Virus record (IMG/VR): IMGVR_UViG_3300020385_000009
DNA: 64,000 nt
DNA from: an uncultured virus (IMG/VR IMGVR_UViG_3300020385_000009)
Lineage: Duplodnaviria; Heunggongvirae; Uroviricota; Caudoviricetes
Reading direction: 5' to 3' (one strand)
The notes under the pieces were generated by a model. It searched no databases and had not been told where the DNA came from. It was given only the letters and a program-made list of their open reading frames with translations. Shown here piece after piece: positions 17,379 through 26,730 of the stretch. The position numbers were made by a program, and so were the translations under genes. Within the stretch, counting starts at the first letter, position 1. Each line of letters begins with the position of its first letter.

Positions 17379-20300
17379 TTAGAAGCTTCTAAGAACATCT
17401 TCTCTCATCCATCCTATTTTTATATCATTTACCCCACCTTGAATAGTTTCATTATTAATAGTATACTGAGTATTTTTATTTGGGTCTTTTACATCATTCC
17501 AATCATCATTATTACTAGATTGTTCTTTAAAGTTAATGTTATCTTCAAACTTTATTAAAAACCATAACCATCGTATAGGTTTTTTATAAGACCATAATAT
17601 CCCTTCAGGGATCCAATAATAATCACCTTTTTCAAAATCTTTTATAGTATAAAACTTTTTACCAAAATTATTAGAAGCATTACGATTTGTTATATTAGGG
17701 TCATAATAGGTGGGAGTGTCTTTATTTATAACTACTTGTACAGGATATTTTGAGTCTTTGTATACTACTTCAAAATTTTTACCCTCATAATCAGTTTCGG
17801 TTTTCCATTGTAATACACTCTTATCATCATCCGTTAATTGTTGATCTCCTAAACCTGATTTTATTTTAATGTTACTTTCTACAGGGGGTGCTTGTTTTTT
17901 ATTTAAAACTATCCCTAACTTAGTACCTATAGGGTTATTAGTAACTGCTCTTATTATATTATCATTAAATTCTGTTTCATAGTTTAAGATAGGTTCAGTT
18001 CTTACATTAGTGGGTGAATTAACTTTTAAGAATATTGAATTTCCTTCAGATAAAGAAGTAATGTTGGGATCTGCTGCTATTTGGGAAGAATTTGTGTTTT
18101 CATCAGTAAATTCATAGTAGGAAACATCTTTTGTTATACCTGCTGTGTTAGCTTTAATACCGAGTTTTAAATCATCCCATTCTTCCTTTTTAGGTAAATC
18201 TAATAACATCATTTGTCCTGAAAAATCAGTTGTCCAATCTTGCCCTGCTGTGATTTTTTGACCTTCGGTCATTACAACAAATGCTATGTCGTCTTCTTGA
18301 TATCCTTTAGGAAGAAACTTGTTGTCTATTTTAAATACATTTCCTATTACTAAACCACTTATACCATCTATTTGAGCATTAAATTTTAAAGGTATTACAG
18401 TAGATTTACTAATATTAGAGGGTGATTTTTTTCTAAACCCTTTATATATTTTATCGTCTTTTTTACTTTCACTATATCTTAATTTTAATGAAATAATAGA
18501 TGATTCTATATTTTGTATGTATCTTTTAGCAGTGGATATTGCTAAGTTTTCAGTACTTCTACCATTATTTAAGGTTCCTGGATTATATTCCCCCCTTAAC
18601 ATTTCTTTTCTATGATTGTACAAAAAGGATAACATTACTTGTAATTTTTTTAAGTCTGTATCGTATTGGTTACCTTTTTTATTTATATTTGCTCCATTTT
18701 CTTCTTCTTCTTCTTTAAAAAATCTATATTTTATATTTCTATTAAATGCTGCAAATGATACTGCATCTAAATCACCTATTGAATTAGGTGATTGAGCAGC
18801 AATTGCAACTGTAGAACTTAATTTACTGTCTATTGTAGTGTTATAATTAAAATCTCTTACTATTGATTCTTTGCCGTGAGTTTTAAATTTATATAAATCT
18901 TCTGGTTGTAGACTTGTATTTAATTGTATGTCTATTATTCTTAGAATATTTCCCCTAGTTTTTTCTGTGTGTATAATAAAATTATGAGTACCTACACATG
19001 CATTATTTATATCTTTTTCCCATATAGTTTGTAAGAATGTAAATAAATTAAAATCTTCATTTATTTCATCTCCTTTATATCTTGTCTTTTTATATAATTC
19101 TACTAAATAATCTAGACCAATAAAAATATCACTTATATTTCTCCCGTTGTCTACTTCTACTATTCGTTGTGCATTTTTAGCATTAGTTCTATCTTGTTCA
19201 TATTTAGAGTTTCTATTTAAATTACCACTAAATTTATCTAATTGATGAGGAAGTAAACATATAAAGGGGTCTACACTCATATCCATTAAGTCAGATATAT
19301 TTACTTTTATAAATTCTGAGTATCCTTGTGTAGTAAACCTACCATAACTATCTAAGTATGAGTCTATTGGAATTTCAATATTGGCATCATTTTTAAAGGT
19401 ATATTTAGAATATTGTAAAGGCAATTTAGGTCCTATATTAGGTGCTTCATCTAACCATGTAATTTCAGTAAGAGGAGATATTTTTGCTCCTTCTTGGTAT
19501 GTATTAAATACTAATTTATTTAAAAATATAGATAAAAGTTCCCATTTTATATAATATTCAGATGATTTAACACCTGTTCTGTCAACTTCTTCATCTCCTT
19601 TTAATCCGAGAGCTTCACCTTTATATATAATGTAGGGATCTAATATTTCTTTAAGATATACAACACCTCTTTTTGTTTTATCATTTAATTTATTACCATC
19701 TTTTAAATTTTCTTGTTCTTCTAAAAAATCTATATCTTCAGAAAATTGTTTTTTTCCTAATTCTGGAACTATTTTATCATTTACTAATTGAATAAATTTT
19801 GCAAGATTTGGGGTAAATAAAGAATTATTTTCTATATTAAGAAAATCATATTTTACATTACTTTGAAAATTTTCTTTATATTCAATTACATCTATAATTT
19901 CTGCCCATTCTCTTAGCATTTTTAATATGAATTCAAGATTATCTACTTCAACATTAGTATTACCTACACCTTCAAGAGTAAAACCACTACTTTTACCTTT
20001 TAAACCTTCTAATGTTTCACCCATTGCAGCTAATTCAGTAGTACAATCATACCCCCCATCTGGTCTAGAAGTAATTTCAAAATTTTTAACATACCCAACA
20101 AAACCATCATAATTACCCCCTGCTGCTTTAATTCTTGTGTGGATAATTTTATTTATATCATTTATAGAAGAATTTTGATCAAACCATTCCCATAAGTAGG
20201 GAAAATAACTTTCTCTTTTACCTAAATTACTTATGTAAGGATCCCAGCCCCATTCTAAAAGAATAGGCATACCTGGTCTCATGTAAAGAGCATCTAAAAC

Positions 20301-20903
20301 ATCAAGTTGTCGTCTATTGTGGCATACAAAATTAATTTTTGCATCTCTTAAAGAACCATAGGCGGTTTTTGTTCTAATTTCGGCATCTATGATTCCGGGC
20401 ATGGGTACTATACCAAAACCGTCTGATGCATCTGAACGAATGTAAGGATCACCATAGGCTGAACCATATTGGTTAGATTTACTTCCTCCTTTAGTAAATT
20501 GTCTTGTTCCTCTACCTCTAGGGATAATTTTAATAGGGTTTTCAGGAGTACCTTTATCGTTTCCTCTATTATTTATAAAATCTACATCTTTAGCAGGAAT
20601 ACCTCCTTCAAGCATATAACGGATAGCTAATCCTTCTCCTTTTAAATTTCCTCCTTCTTTTTCATTAGCATCTAATAAAGTATTATCTTCTTTTAAATCT
20701 ACACCTGAAGACATTCTAATAACACATTGTCTTGAAGTTGTATTTGTATAAAAAGCACCAGCATCAAGAGTGGGGGCCTCACCTATAAAATCTTTGACTT
20801 TAGGTCTACCTAATAGACGACCTGAATTTTGATTTAGGGCTGCTTCTCTTATTTTTAATTGATTAAAAACAAAATCTCGAAAGGTTTCTTTAAATATAGA
20901 CAT
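17379..20903 (-). CDS. Large baseplate hub-like protein with a possible C-terminal SH3b-like domain
   Basis: Follows the tape measure and LysM-type genes; PMPGI, LLEWGW; C-terminal NVRTEP...GWMREDV. Confidence 0.55.
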   Translation of the reverse strand: MSIFKETFRDFVFNQLKIREAALNQNSGRLLGRPKVKDFIGEAPTLDAGAFYTNTTSRQCVIRMSSGVDLKEDNTLLDANEKEGGNLKGEGLAIRYMLEGGIPAKDVDFINNRGNDKGTPENPIKIIPRGRGTRQFTKGGSKSNQYGSAYGDPYIRSDASDGFGIVPMPGIIDAEIRTKTAYGSLRDAKINFVCHNRRQLDVLDALYMRPGMPILLEWGWDPYISNLGKRESYFPYLWEWFDQNSSINDINKIIHTRIKAAGGNYDGFVGYVKNFEITSRPDGGYDCTTELAAMGETLEGLKGKSSGFTLEGVGNTNVEVDNLEFILKMLREWAEIIDVIEYKENFQSNVKYDFLNIENNSLFTPNLAKFIQLVNDKIVPELGKKQFSEDIDFLEEQENLKDGNKLNDKTKRGVVYLKEILDPYIIYKGEALGLKGDEEVDRTGVKSSEYYIKWELLSIFLNKLVFNTYQEGAKISPLTEITWLDEAPNIGPKLPLQYSKYTFKNDANIEIPIDSYLDSYGRFTTQGYSEFIKVNISDLMDMSVDPFICLLPHQLDKFSGNLNRNSKYEQDRTNAKNAQRIVEVDNGRNISDIFIGLDYLVELYKKTRYKGDEINEDFNLFTFLQTIWEKDINNACVGTHNFIIHTEKTRGNILRIIDIQLNTSLQPEDLYKFKTHGKESIVRDFNYNTTIDSKLSSTVAIAAQSPNSIGDLDAVSFAAFNRNIKYRFFKEEEEENGANINKKGNQYDTDLKKLQVMLSFLYNHRKEMLRGEYNPGTLNNGRSTENLAISTAKRYIQNIESSIISLKLRYSESKKDDKIYKGFRKKSPSNISKSTVIPLKFNAQIDGISGLVIGNVFKIDNKFLPKGYQEDDIAFVVMTEGQKITAGQDWTTDFSGQMMLLDLPKKEEWDDLKLGIKANTAGITKDVSYYEFTDENTNSSQIAADPNITSLSEGNSIFLKVNSPTNVRTEPILNYETEFNDNIIRAVTNNPIGTKLGIVLNKKQAPPVESNIKIKSGLGDQQLTDDDKSVLQWKTETDYEGKNFEVVYKDSKYPVQVVINKDTPTYYDPNITNRNASNNFGKKFYTIKDFEKGDYYWIPEGILWSYKKPIRWLWFLIKFEDNINFKEQSSNNDDWNDVKDPNKNTQYTINNETIQGGVNDIKIGWMREDVLRSF

Positions 20904-20905
20904 AA

Positions 20906-21208
20906 CTATTTATTTAATGCTTCGAATGCTTCTATTACACCTTGAATGTTGTTAGGGATTCTTATTTCCATACCTGGATTTAAATTAAAACTGTCTCTTC
21001 TTATAACATCTGGGTTAGCTGTAGTAATGATCCACCATAAATCCACATTTCCCAAAAATTGATTTGCCAATGTGTCTAATCTATCACCTACGGTTGTAGT
21101 AACATATAAATCATTTATAGATAGGGGAATTTCAGGATATTTAAGATTTCGATAATAATTTTTATTATCGGTTCTTTTTTTTGCTATGTAATTTAGTCTA
21201 CTAGGCAT
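20906..21208 (-). CDS. LysM/tail X-like baseplate wedge protein (gp53-like)
   Basis: GDRLDTLANQFLGNVDLWWIITTANP...GMEIRIP. Confidence 0.8.
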   Translation of the reverse strand: MPSRLNYIAKKRTDNKNYYRNLKYPEIPLSINDLYVTTTVGDRLDTLANQFLGNVDLWWIITTANPDVIRRDSFNLNPGMEIRIPNNIQGVIEAFEALNK

Positions 21209-22727
21209 TTGCTCCTGTTAAATTAAAAAATTGAGAATTTATAGATTTTTCTGGTAAGAAATTATGAATTGGGGTAAATTGAACATTTACATCTAACACA
21301 TGAGGTAACATTAATATATTTTCATTATTTTTAATTTGCCATGGGTAATCTTTTTGCCATGATAATGCTATTGTATTTAAAACACCTGGTACTCTATTAC
21401 ACCAATCGCCTACAGTTAATTTTATGAATGGTGTTCTCATTCTACCTACATCACTATATTCGGGGGCAGCATTAGAAACTAGATAATTTAATTTAGTGTA
21501 TAGGGGGAGGATTTCTACTTTTGATTGAGCTGCTATTTTAAAACTAAAATCTATATTACGTGTAAATCCATTGTAAGTGTAGAATGTTTCTCCTCTACCA
21601 TTATAATTAAATGAATTATGATTTGCATTGTAATTGTCATTAAATCCATCTAAAAATGCTCTAAATATTACATAATCTGACTTTAAAGGATTATCTGTGT
21701 TAACTGCCTCAAATCTAAAAGGAATAAAATCATCATTTTCATTATATGCTGATTGGTCTTTTTGGATTTCTTTTAAGTTAACAGCATCTGATTTTCCATT
21801 ATAACTTACATGGTATTCAGATATACTTTTATGGAGTCTTTTAGTTCGATCTTTACCACCTATACCTCTAGGAGGTAATAATTTTGATAATTTATCTAAA
21901 GGATTTAATACTTGATCTTCTTCAGAAACTACACCTTCAGCTGAATCTCCCATTAAACCCGGGTCTGTTCTATTAGCTAATGCATCTAATTCTTCTAATT
22001 GACTGTCAGTAACTCCATCAGGAGATGAAGGGATTTGGAGTTGAGATTGTATAGATGTGTTTACATATTTATTAATGGTAGTTTGGCCTAAACCATATAC
22101 TGAATCAGGTCCTCCATTATATTCAAATAATATATTTTCTGAATCTATATTTATTATATGATCATTTAATAATCCTATTAATCTATTATTAGATGAATTT
22201 TCCTGAGTTAATTCTATATCATTAACATATCCTTCGAATTTTTCAGGATCAGATAGTGGTGTTATACCTTCTCTTTTAAAACGGATACCTGCAGCAGATC
22301 CTGCTATTGATGCTAAAGTATTTGCTCCTAAATTATATAATCTTTGATCTGATTTAGAACCTTCTATATTAGAAACAAAATCTCCTATTCTATCAATAAT
22401 ATTATCACCTTCTTCTCCTACAGCTTTAGCTTTTGTTCTAATTATAGGATTTGATAATTGGAGACCTGTTTGTTTAGTTAAAAAACCTAAACCTTGGGAT
22501 GTTAAAAAAAACTTAGTTATTCTTTTTACATCTTGAAGAGATCTTTCAGTAGCAGTAAGTATACCACCTCTAACTAAACCATCTGTAAGTGAATCAATAG
22601 AATTATCATAATTGATTGTTCTTTTTACAAAAGGTTGATTACTAAAGCCTTGGTTAGGTCTATCAAAAGCAGTACCTTTACCAAAATCTAAATTAGTTAA
22701 ATCTGACTGAAGATCTCTTAATGCCAT
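21201..22727 (-). CDS. Tail tube initiator/baseplate protein (gp48/gp54-like)
   Basis: C-terminal tube-like domain FRAFL...GRGETFYTYNGFTRNIDFSF...PFIKLTVGD; position. Confidence 0.6.
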   Translation of the reverse strand: MALRDLQSDLTNLDFGKGTAFDRPNQGFSNQPFVKRTINYDNSIDSLTDGLVRGGILTATERSLQDVKRITKFFLTSQGLGFLTKQTGLQLSNPIIRTKAKAVGEEGDNIIDRIGDFVSNIEGSKSDQRLYNLGANTLASIAGSAAGIRFKREGITPLSDPEKFEGYVNDIELTQENSSNNRLIGLLNDHIINIDSENILFEYNGGPDSVYGLGQTTINKYVNTSIQSQLQIPSSPDGVTDSQLEELDALANRTDPGLMGDSAEGVVSEEDQVLNPLDKLSKLLPPRGIGGKDRTKRLHKSISEYHVSYNGKSDAVNLKEIQKDQSAYNENDDFIPFRFEAVNTDNPLKSDYVIFRAFLDGFNDNYNANHNSFNYNGRGETFYTYNGFTRNIDFSFKIAAQSKVEILPLYTKLNYLVSNAAPEYSDVGRMRTPFIKLTVGDWCNRVPGVLNTIALSWQKDYPWQIKNNENILMLPHVLDVNVQFTPIHNFLPEKSINSQFFNLTGANA

Positions 22728-23104
22728 TATTTAGGTAGATTATCTATATATTGTGAAAGAATATCATTTCCTGCTGGATTACCGGGAATGTCTAAATTTG
22801 ATGAAAATAATGAGGGCCAAGTACCACCTGGTTGTCCTGCTCCATATTTTGCTTGTGGGTTTGTTTGACTTGTGTAAACACTTTCTAAGTTTCTTTCATG
22901 AATTGTGTCTATCTGATTAGGTTGAACTGATGGTTCAGGTCCTAAAGCAAACATACTAGGAGTTATGTTATTAAAATGTCCTACCATTTCATCTTGTTGT
23001 ACTCCATCTGGACTTAAAACTTGAGAAGTTAATGAATCTTGTATTTCAGGTTTTGCAAATTGACCTACTAAATCTAAGTTACTTTTTCTATTTAATAATG
23101 ACAT
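22727..23104 (-). CDS. Hypothetical protein
   Basis: 125-aa ORF preceded by TATTTATA. Confidence 0.65.
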   Translation of the reverse strand: MSLLNRKSNLDLVGQFAKPEIQDSLTSQVLSPDGVQQDEMVGHFNNITPSMFALGPEPSVQPNQIDTIHERNLESVYTSQTNPQAKYGAGQPGGTWPSLFSSNLDIPGNPAGNDILSQYIDNLPK

Positions 23105-23133
23105 AATATTGTGTTTTAGTTATAAATATAAAG

Positions 23134-25062
23134 TTAAGCGAACCTCGTTTGATGTCTTGCATCACTTTGATAAGAACCATGATTAGCTGATTGGTTTTTA
23201 GAACTAAATGAATCATATACTGTTGAAGTACTAATTTGAACTTGAGACATTGCGCTAGCCATTTTATTATAATCGAATTTTTCTCTTTCTCCTCCCCCCA
23301 AAAGATTTGTTCCCGCTATAACACTATCATTGTTATTTAGAGCTATTGTTCCTTTATTTTTAGTTACAAGCATATTATTACCATATGCCATATCATCTGC
23401 AGTAGCAAATTTATTTATAGCTCCTACCATAGTTAATACACCTGCTAAGGATGCTGCTATTCCTAGGGGACCAAATTTAGCATTTGACTGAAATATTGCT
23501 CCAATAGAAGTCATTAGTTGAAGACCTTTTAAAGTTTTATATAAGGGAATTATAGAAGCAAGAGCACCACCTACTAATAATATTTTCCCCACTACATGAC
23601 CCATACCTTCAGCCATAAGACCAATAACGTCTACTATAGGTGAAAAAATAGTAGCTATATCTATAAGTAATCCTTTTGCTTGTTCTAAAACTTTTGCAAA
23701 TTTTTCTTGTGTGTCTAATGCTTTTAATTGTTGGACAGATTGATCATTTCCACTAGCAATTGCATCTTGTAATAATTGAGCTCGATTTTCTTCTGTTATT
23801 AATGAATTAGCTAGTTCATCAGCTGTCATACCAACAGCAGAAGCTATAGCTTGTTGTTGAAGAACATTCATAGAAGTAAAATCATTAAAATCTCCTACAT
23901 TTGCTGATATTTCTGATGTAAGAGTTTCTAAATCTCCTGTTAAAGCTGCTAGTCTAGCTCTTTCTAAGTTTAATTGTTTTCCTGTAAGTAATTCTGCTTG
24001 TAATTCATTTTCAATTGATGATTCAAAATTTAATAAAGCTTCTCCTGATGCTGCAATTTGTTCTAATTCAAATCCTAATGCTTTTGCTTGTGTTACTGCT
24101 CTTGCTATTGCTTCAGGATTGGCACCTAATTGGGCTCTAATTTGACCCGACACTTGGTTAGAAGCTTCTAAAACAGTTTGTAAACTTATTTGAGCTCCTG
24201 TTTGAGAATTTATGGCATTTACTGCGTTTTCTTGGGTTTTAAGAGACTCATCAAATGTTTGGCCTAAACGAGCGGCATCCCCTGCTAATTGGGATACAGC
24301 TTCTCCTGACATTAATTGAGCATCTAATGCAGAAGCTGCCCCTACTGCTATTTCATTACTAAATAGAGCTGCTGTTTGAAAACTTTTATTTAATTCTGTT
24401 TGAGCACCTATTAATGTTTCTGTAGTTACCCTTAAATCATTAGCTGAAAATGCAGCTGCAGATAATTGAAATCTTAATCCTGTAGCTTTTAGGGTACTAA
24501 TTCCTAATTGTTTTTGTAATTCAGTAACTGATTTATTAGCATCTAATATAGCTTTACCTACTGCAACTAATGCAAGGCGTGCTAGCCTAGTAGCTGTGTA
24601 TTGTTCTTTTAGTTTTTCAAGACCTTCATTTAAGAAATCTCTTTCTTTTTGAGCTGCTATATTTTTTTCTTTTATAACATTAAGGTTTTTTATATTTTTA
24701 TCTACAGCATCTACAAGTAAAGCTAAAGATTCTTCATCTAATATAACACCCTGTTTTCTTAGTAAATCCGCATTTCTTAAAAGGGTGTTTTTTCTAGCTT
24801 CATTTTTAATAATTTCTTTACTAATATCTTTACTTGCATTTGTTTTTTGGTTAATTTTAGCTAAAATGCCATCTTGTTTAGTAAAATCATTTACAATTTT
24901 ACTAGTAGATTTAGAAATATCTTTTGCAAATCTATCTGCAACTCTTCGTGAAGATTCATCTAAATCATCTAAATTAAGTTGATTTGTAAACTTTGATGAT
25001 AAACTTTCTATTTCATCATTTAAAGCTTTTATTTCTTCTTTTGTTTGTTCAAGATCTGCCAT
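23134..25062 (-). CDS. Tape measure protein
   Basis: Ala/Leu/Gln-rich helical protein with hydrophobic C-terminal segments, after tube and chaperone genes. Confidence 0.8.
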   Translation of the reverse strand: MADLEQTKEEIKALNDEIESLSSKFTNQLNLDDLDESSRRVADRFAKDISKSTSKIVNDFTKQDGILAKINQKTNASKDISKEIIKNEARKNTLLRNADLLRKQGVILDEESLALLVDAVDKNIKNLNVIKEKNIAAQKERDFLNEGLEKLKEQYTATRLARLALVAVGKAILDANKSVTELQKQLGISTLKATGLRFQLSAAAFSANDLRVTTETLIGAQTELNKSFQTAALFSNEIAVGAASALDAQLMSGEAVSQLAGDAARLGQTFDESLKTQENAVNAINSQTGAQISLQTVLEASNQVSGQIRAQLGANPEAIARAVTQAKALGFELEQIAASGEALLNFESSIENELQAELLTGKQLNLERARLAALTGDLETLTSEISANVGDFNDFTSMNVLQQQAIASAVGMTADELANSLITEENRAQLLQDAIASGNDQSVQQLKALDTQEKFAKVLEQAKGLLIDIATIFSPIVDVIGLMAEGMGHVVGKILLVGGALASIIPLYKTLKGLQLMTSIGAIFQSNAKFGPLGIAASLAGVLTMVGAINKFATADDMAYGNNMLVTKNKGTIALNNNDSVIAGTNLLGGGEREKFDYNKMASAMSQVQISTSTVYDSFSSKNQSANHGSYQSDARHQTRFA

Positions 25063-25102
25063 TACTAAAGTTTATTATATCATATATAAATATAAAAAAA
25101 TA

Positions 25103-25122
25103 AAAGGTGCTTACGCACCTTT
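25103..25122 (-). terminator. Intrinsic terminator
   Basis: AAAGGTGC-GTAA-GCACCTTT followed by a T-tract. Confidence 0.8.
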
Positions 25123-25123
25123 A

Positions 25124-25390
25124 TTAAAAATTATATGTAGAAGAAGGATTTATATTAGGTCGAGATGGTTTACCATCACCTATATTAGACTTACCTTTTT
25201 GTTTATCTATTATTTCTTGCTGTTTTTTATTATATTCATTAATTTTTTGGATATGATATCTTCTCATCCAAATAGGCATATTATATACTTCTGAGTGTAT
25301 AAATCCACCACCACCATGGTACACTAAATCATGTATTTGAGTAAATAATAAGCCTCTATACTCAGGCGTCAGGCCAAAAAAAGTTAACAC
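25124..25390 (-). CDS. Tail assembly chaperone C-terminal part (gp51-like), probably a frameshift extension
   Basis: IHDLVYHG..F..SEVYNMPIWMR; overlaps the upstream gene at a T7 run; no ATG near its 5' end. Confidence 0.65.
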   Translation of the reverse strand: MLTFFGLTPEYRGLLFTQIHDLVYHGGGGFIHSEVYNMPIWMRRYHIQKINEYNKKQQEIIDKQKGKSNIGDGKPSRPNINPSSTYNF

Positions 25391-26096
25391 CGATAGGAAT
25401 AGGAATATTAATTATATCTCCATTATCGTTTTCATAGTCGTAAGATAAATCTACGTCTGGTTGTACTTTATTTATATACTTTCTTAAAGCTCTTGAATCT
25501 CTTGCAAGTAATTGGGTATCTACAAATTCACGAACAACTTTTTTTTCATAATTACCATTTATTGAAGTAATTAGATGTTTTATTCTTGTAGATAAATCTG
25601 TTGATAATTGTTTATTGATCTTTTTTAGTCCTTTAATTTCATTGTCAATATTAACTTCATCTCCATGAGTTAAAAGTTTAAATGTAATATTTACTTTAGA
25701 AGCAGGTAATGTAAATGAAAATTCATTTTTATTTTCAGTAATTAATGATTCATCTAATGGTTTATCTTTAACTTTTGTAAGATCTATTTCTACTGTTTCA
25801 TTATTATACTGAAATTCATATTCACTACCATACCCTAAAATACGGGCAGCAATTAAAATTGCATTTTTATCACCTGTAAGTAAATCGTTGTAATTTATAG
25901 GTGTAATAATTAATGCTTGGAGTAGTTTATCTATTACTGTGCCATTTTTAATTAAATTTTGGTTCGTCAAGATGTCTTCTTCACGAGCAGTCATATATTT
26001 CATTTCGATTTCGCCTTTTTTTAAAAGACTCCCTTCTGGATATAATAAACCTTTAGAGGGTAAGGTAACCATTTCGGTTGGGAATTGTTGTTCCAT
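25362..26096 (-). CDS. Baseplate hub assembly / tail chaperone (T4 gp26-like)
   Basis: LPSKG, MTAREEDIL, GDKNAILIAARILGYG, terminal FFWPDA. Confidence 0.8.
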   Translation of the reverse strand: MEQQFPTEMVTLPSKGLLYPEGSLLKKGEIEMKYMTAREEDILTNQNLIKNGTVIDKLLQALIITPINYNDLLTGDKNAILIAARILGYGSEYEFQYNNETVEIDLTKVKDKPLDESLITENKNEFSFTLPASKVNITFKLLTHGDEVNIDNEIKGLKKINKQLSTDLSTRIKHLITSINGNYEKKVVREFVDTQLLARDSRALRKYINKVQPDVDLSYDYENDNGDIINIPIPIGVNFFWPDA

Positions 26097-26147
26097 AACG
26101 TTATTAAATTAAAACTAGTTCAGATATACATATATAAAAAAAAGAAA

Positions 26148-26168
26148 GGACGTCATAAAATGACGTCC
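26148..26168 (-). terminator. Intrinsic terminator after the tail tube gene
   Basis: GGACGTCAT-TTT-ATGACGTCC followed by a T-tract. Confidence 0.8.
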
Positions 26169-26199
26169 AGCCTCGCAACTTCGGGAGAGAAGTATATTT

Positions 26200-26685
26200 T
26201 TAGTAATTTAGGATGGCATAATCCATTACTATTGTTAAACTAATGTTTGCGGGTGTATCTGATGTCCAATCCATGTCACCAAAGTTAGCATTTTGTACGT
26301 AAGCACCTTTTAAAATCCATTCTTCAACAATATCACCTACTGGCCCTAATGCGTTGATTCTAACATCTTTTTTATAGAAATCAGAATAACCATCTCTACC
26401 TGTAACTGACTCATGTGACAAACGAACCCATTCCATTACTGCTTGTGCACCTGAAGGTGTTACTGGATCATAAAGATCACATGTAATGTTTTCCCAATTT
26501 GCTTTACCTTTGATTTTTCTTTTCACGTTGATGTGATCAAGAACTACTTCCCCAAATGAAATACTTGGGCGAGCTACTTTTTTAATTAAGTAAGCTGGGA
26601 TTCCGTCAATGTACATTATAAACCTATTTTGTAATTTAGGTTCAAATGCTGTGAACATGATTTCGTTTGTATCTAATATTGCCAT
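26200..26685 (-). CDS. Tail tube protein (gp19-like)
   Basis: EPKLQNRF, WENITCDLYDP, MEWV, EEWILKGAY; directly after the sheath. Confidence 0.9.
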   Translation of the reverse strand: MAILDTNEIMFTAFEPKLQNRFIMYIDGIPAYLIKKVARPSISFGEVVLDHINVKRKIKGKANWENITCDLYDPVTPSGAQAVMEWVRLSHESVTGRDGYSDFYKKDVRINALGPVGDIVEEWILKGAYVQNANFGDMDWTSDTPANISLTIVMDYAILNY

Positions 26686-26730
26686 CGTTTGTTGTTTTTA
26701 TTCTATTATAAATATATAATCTTTAAGTTC

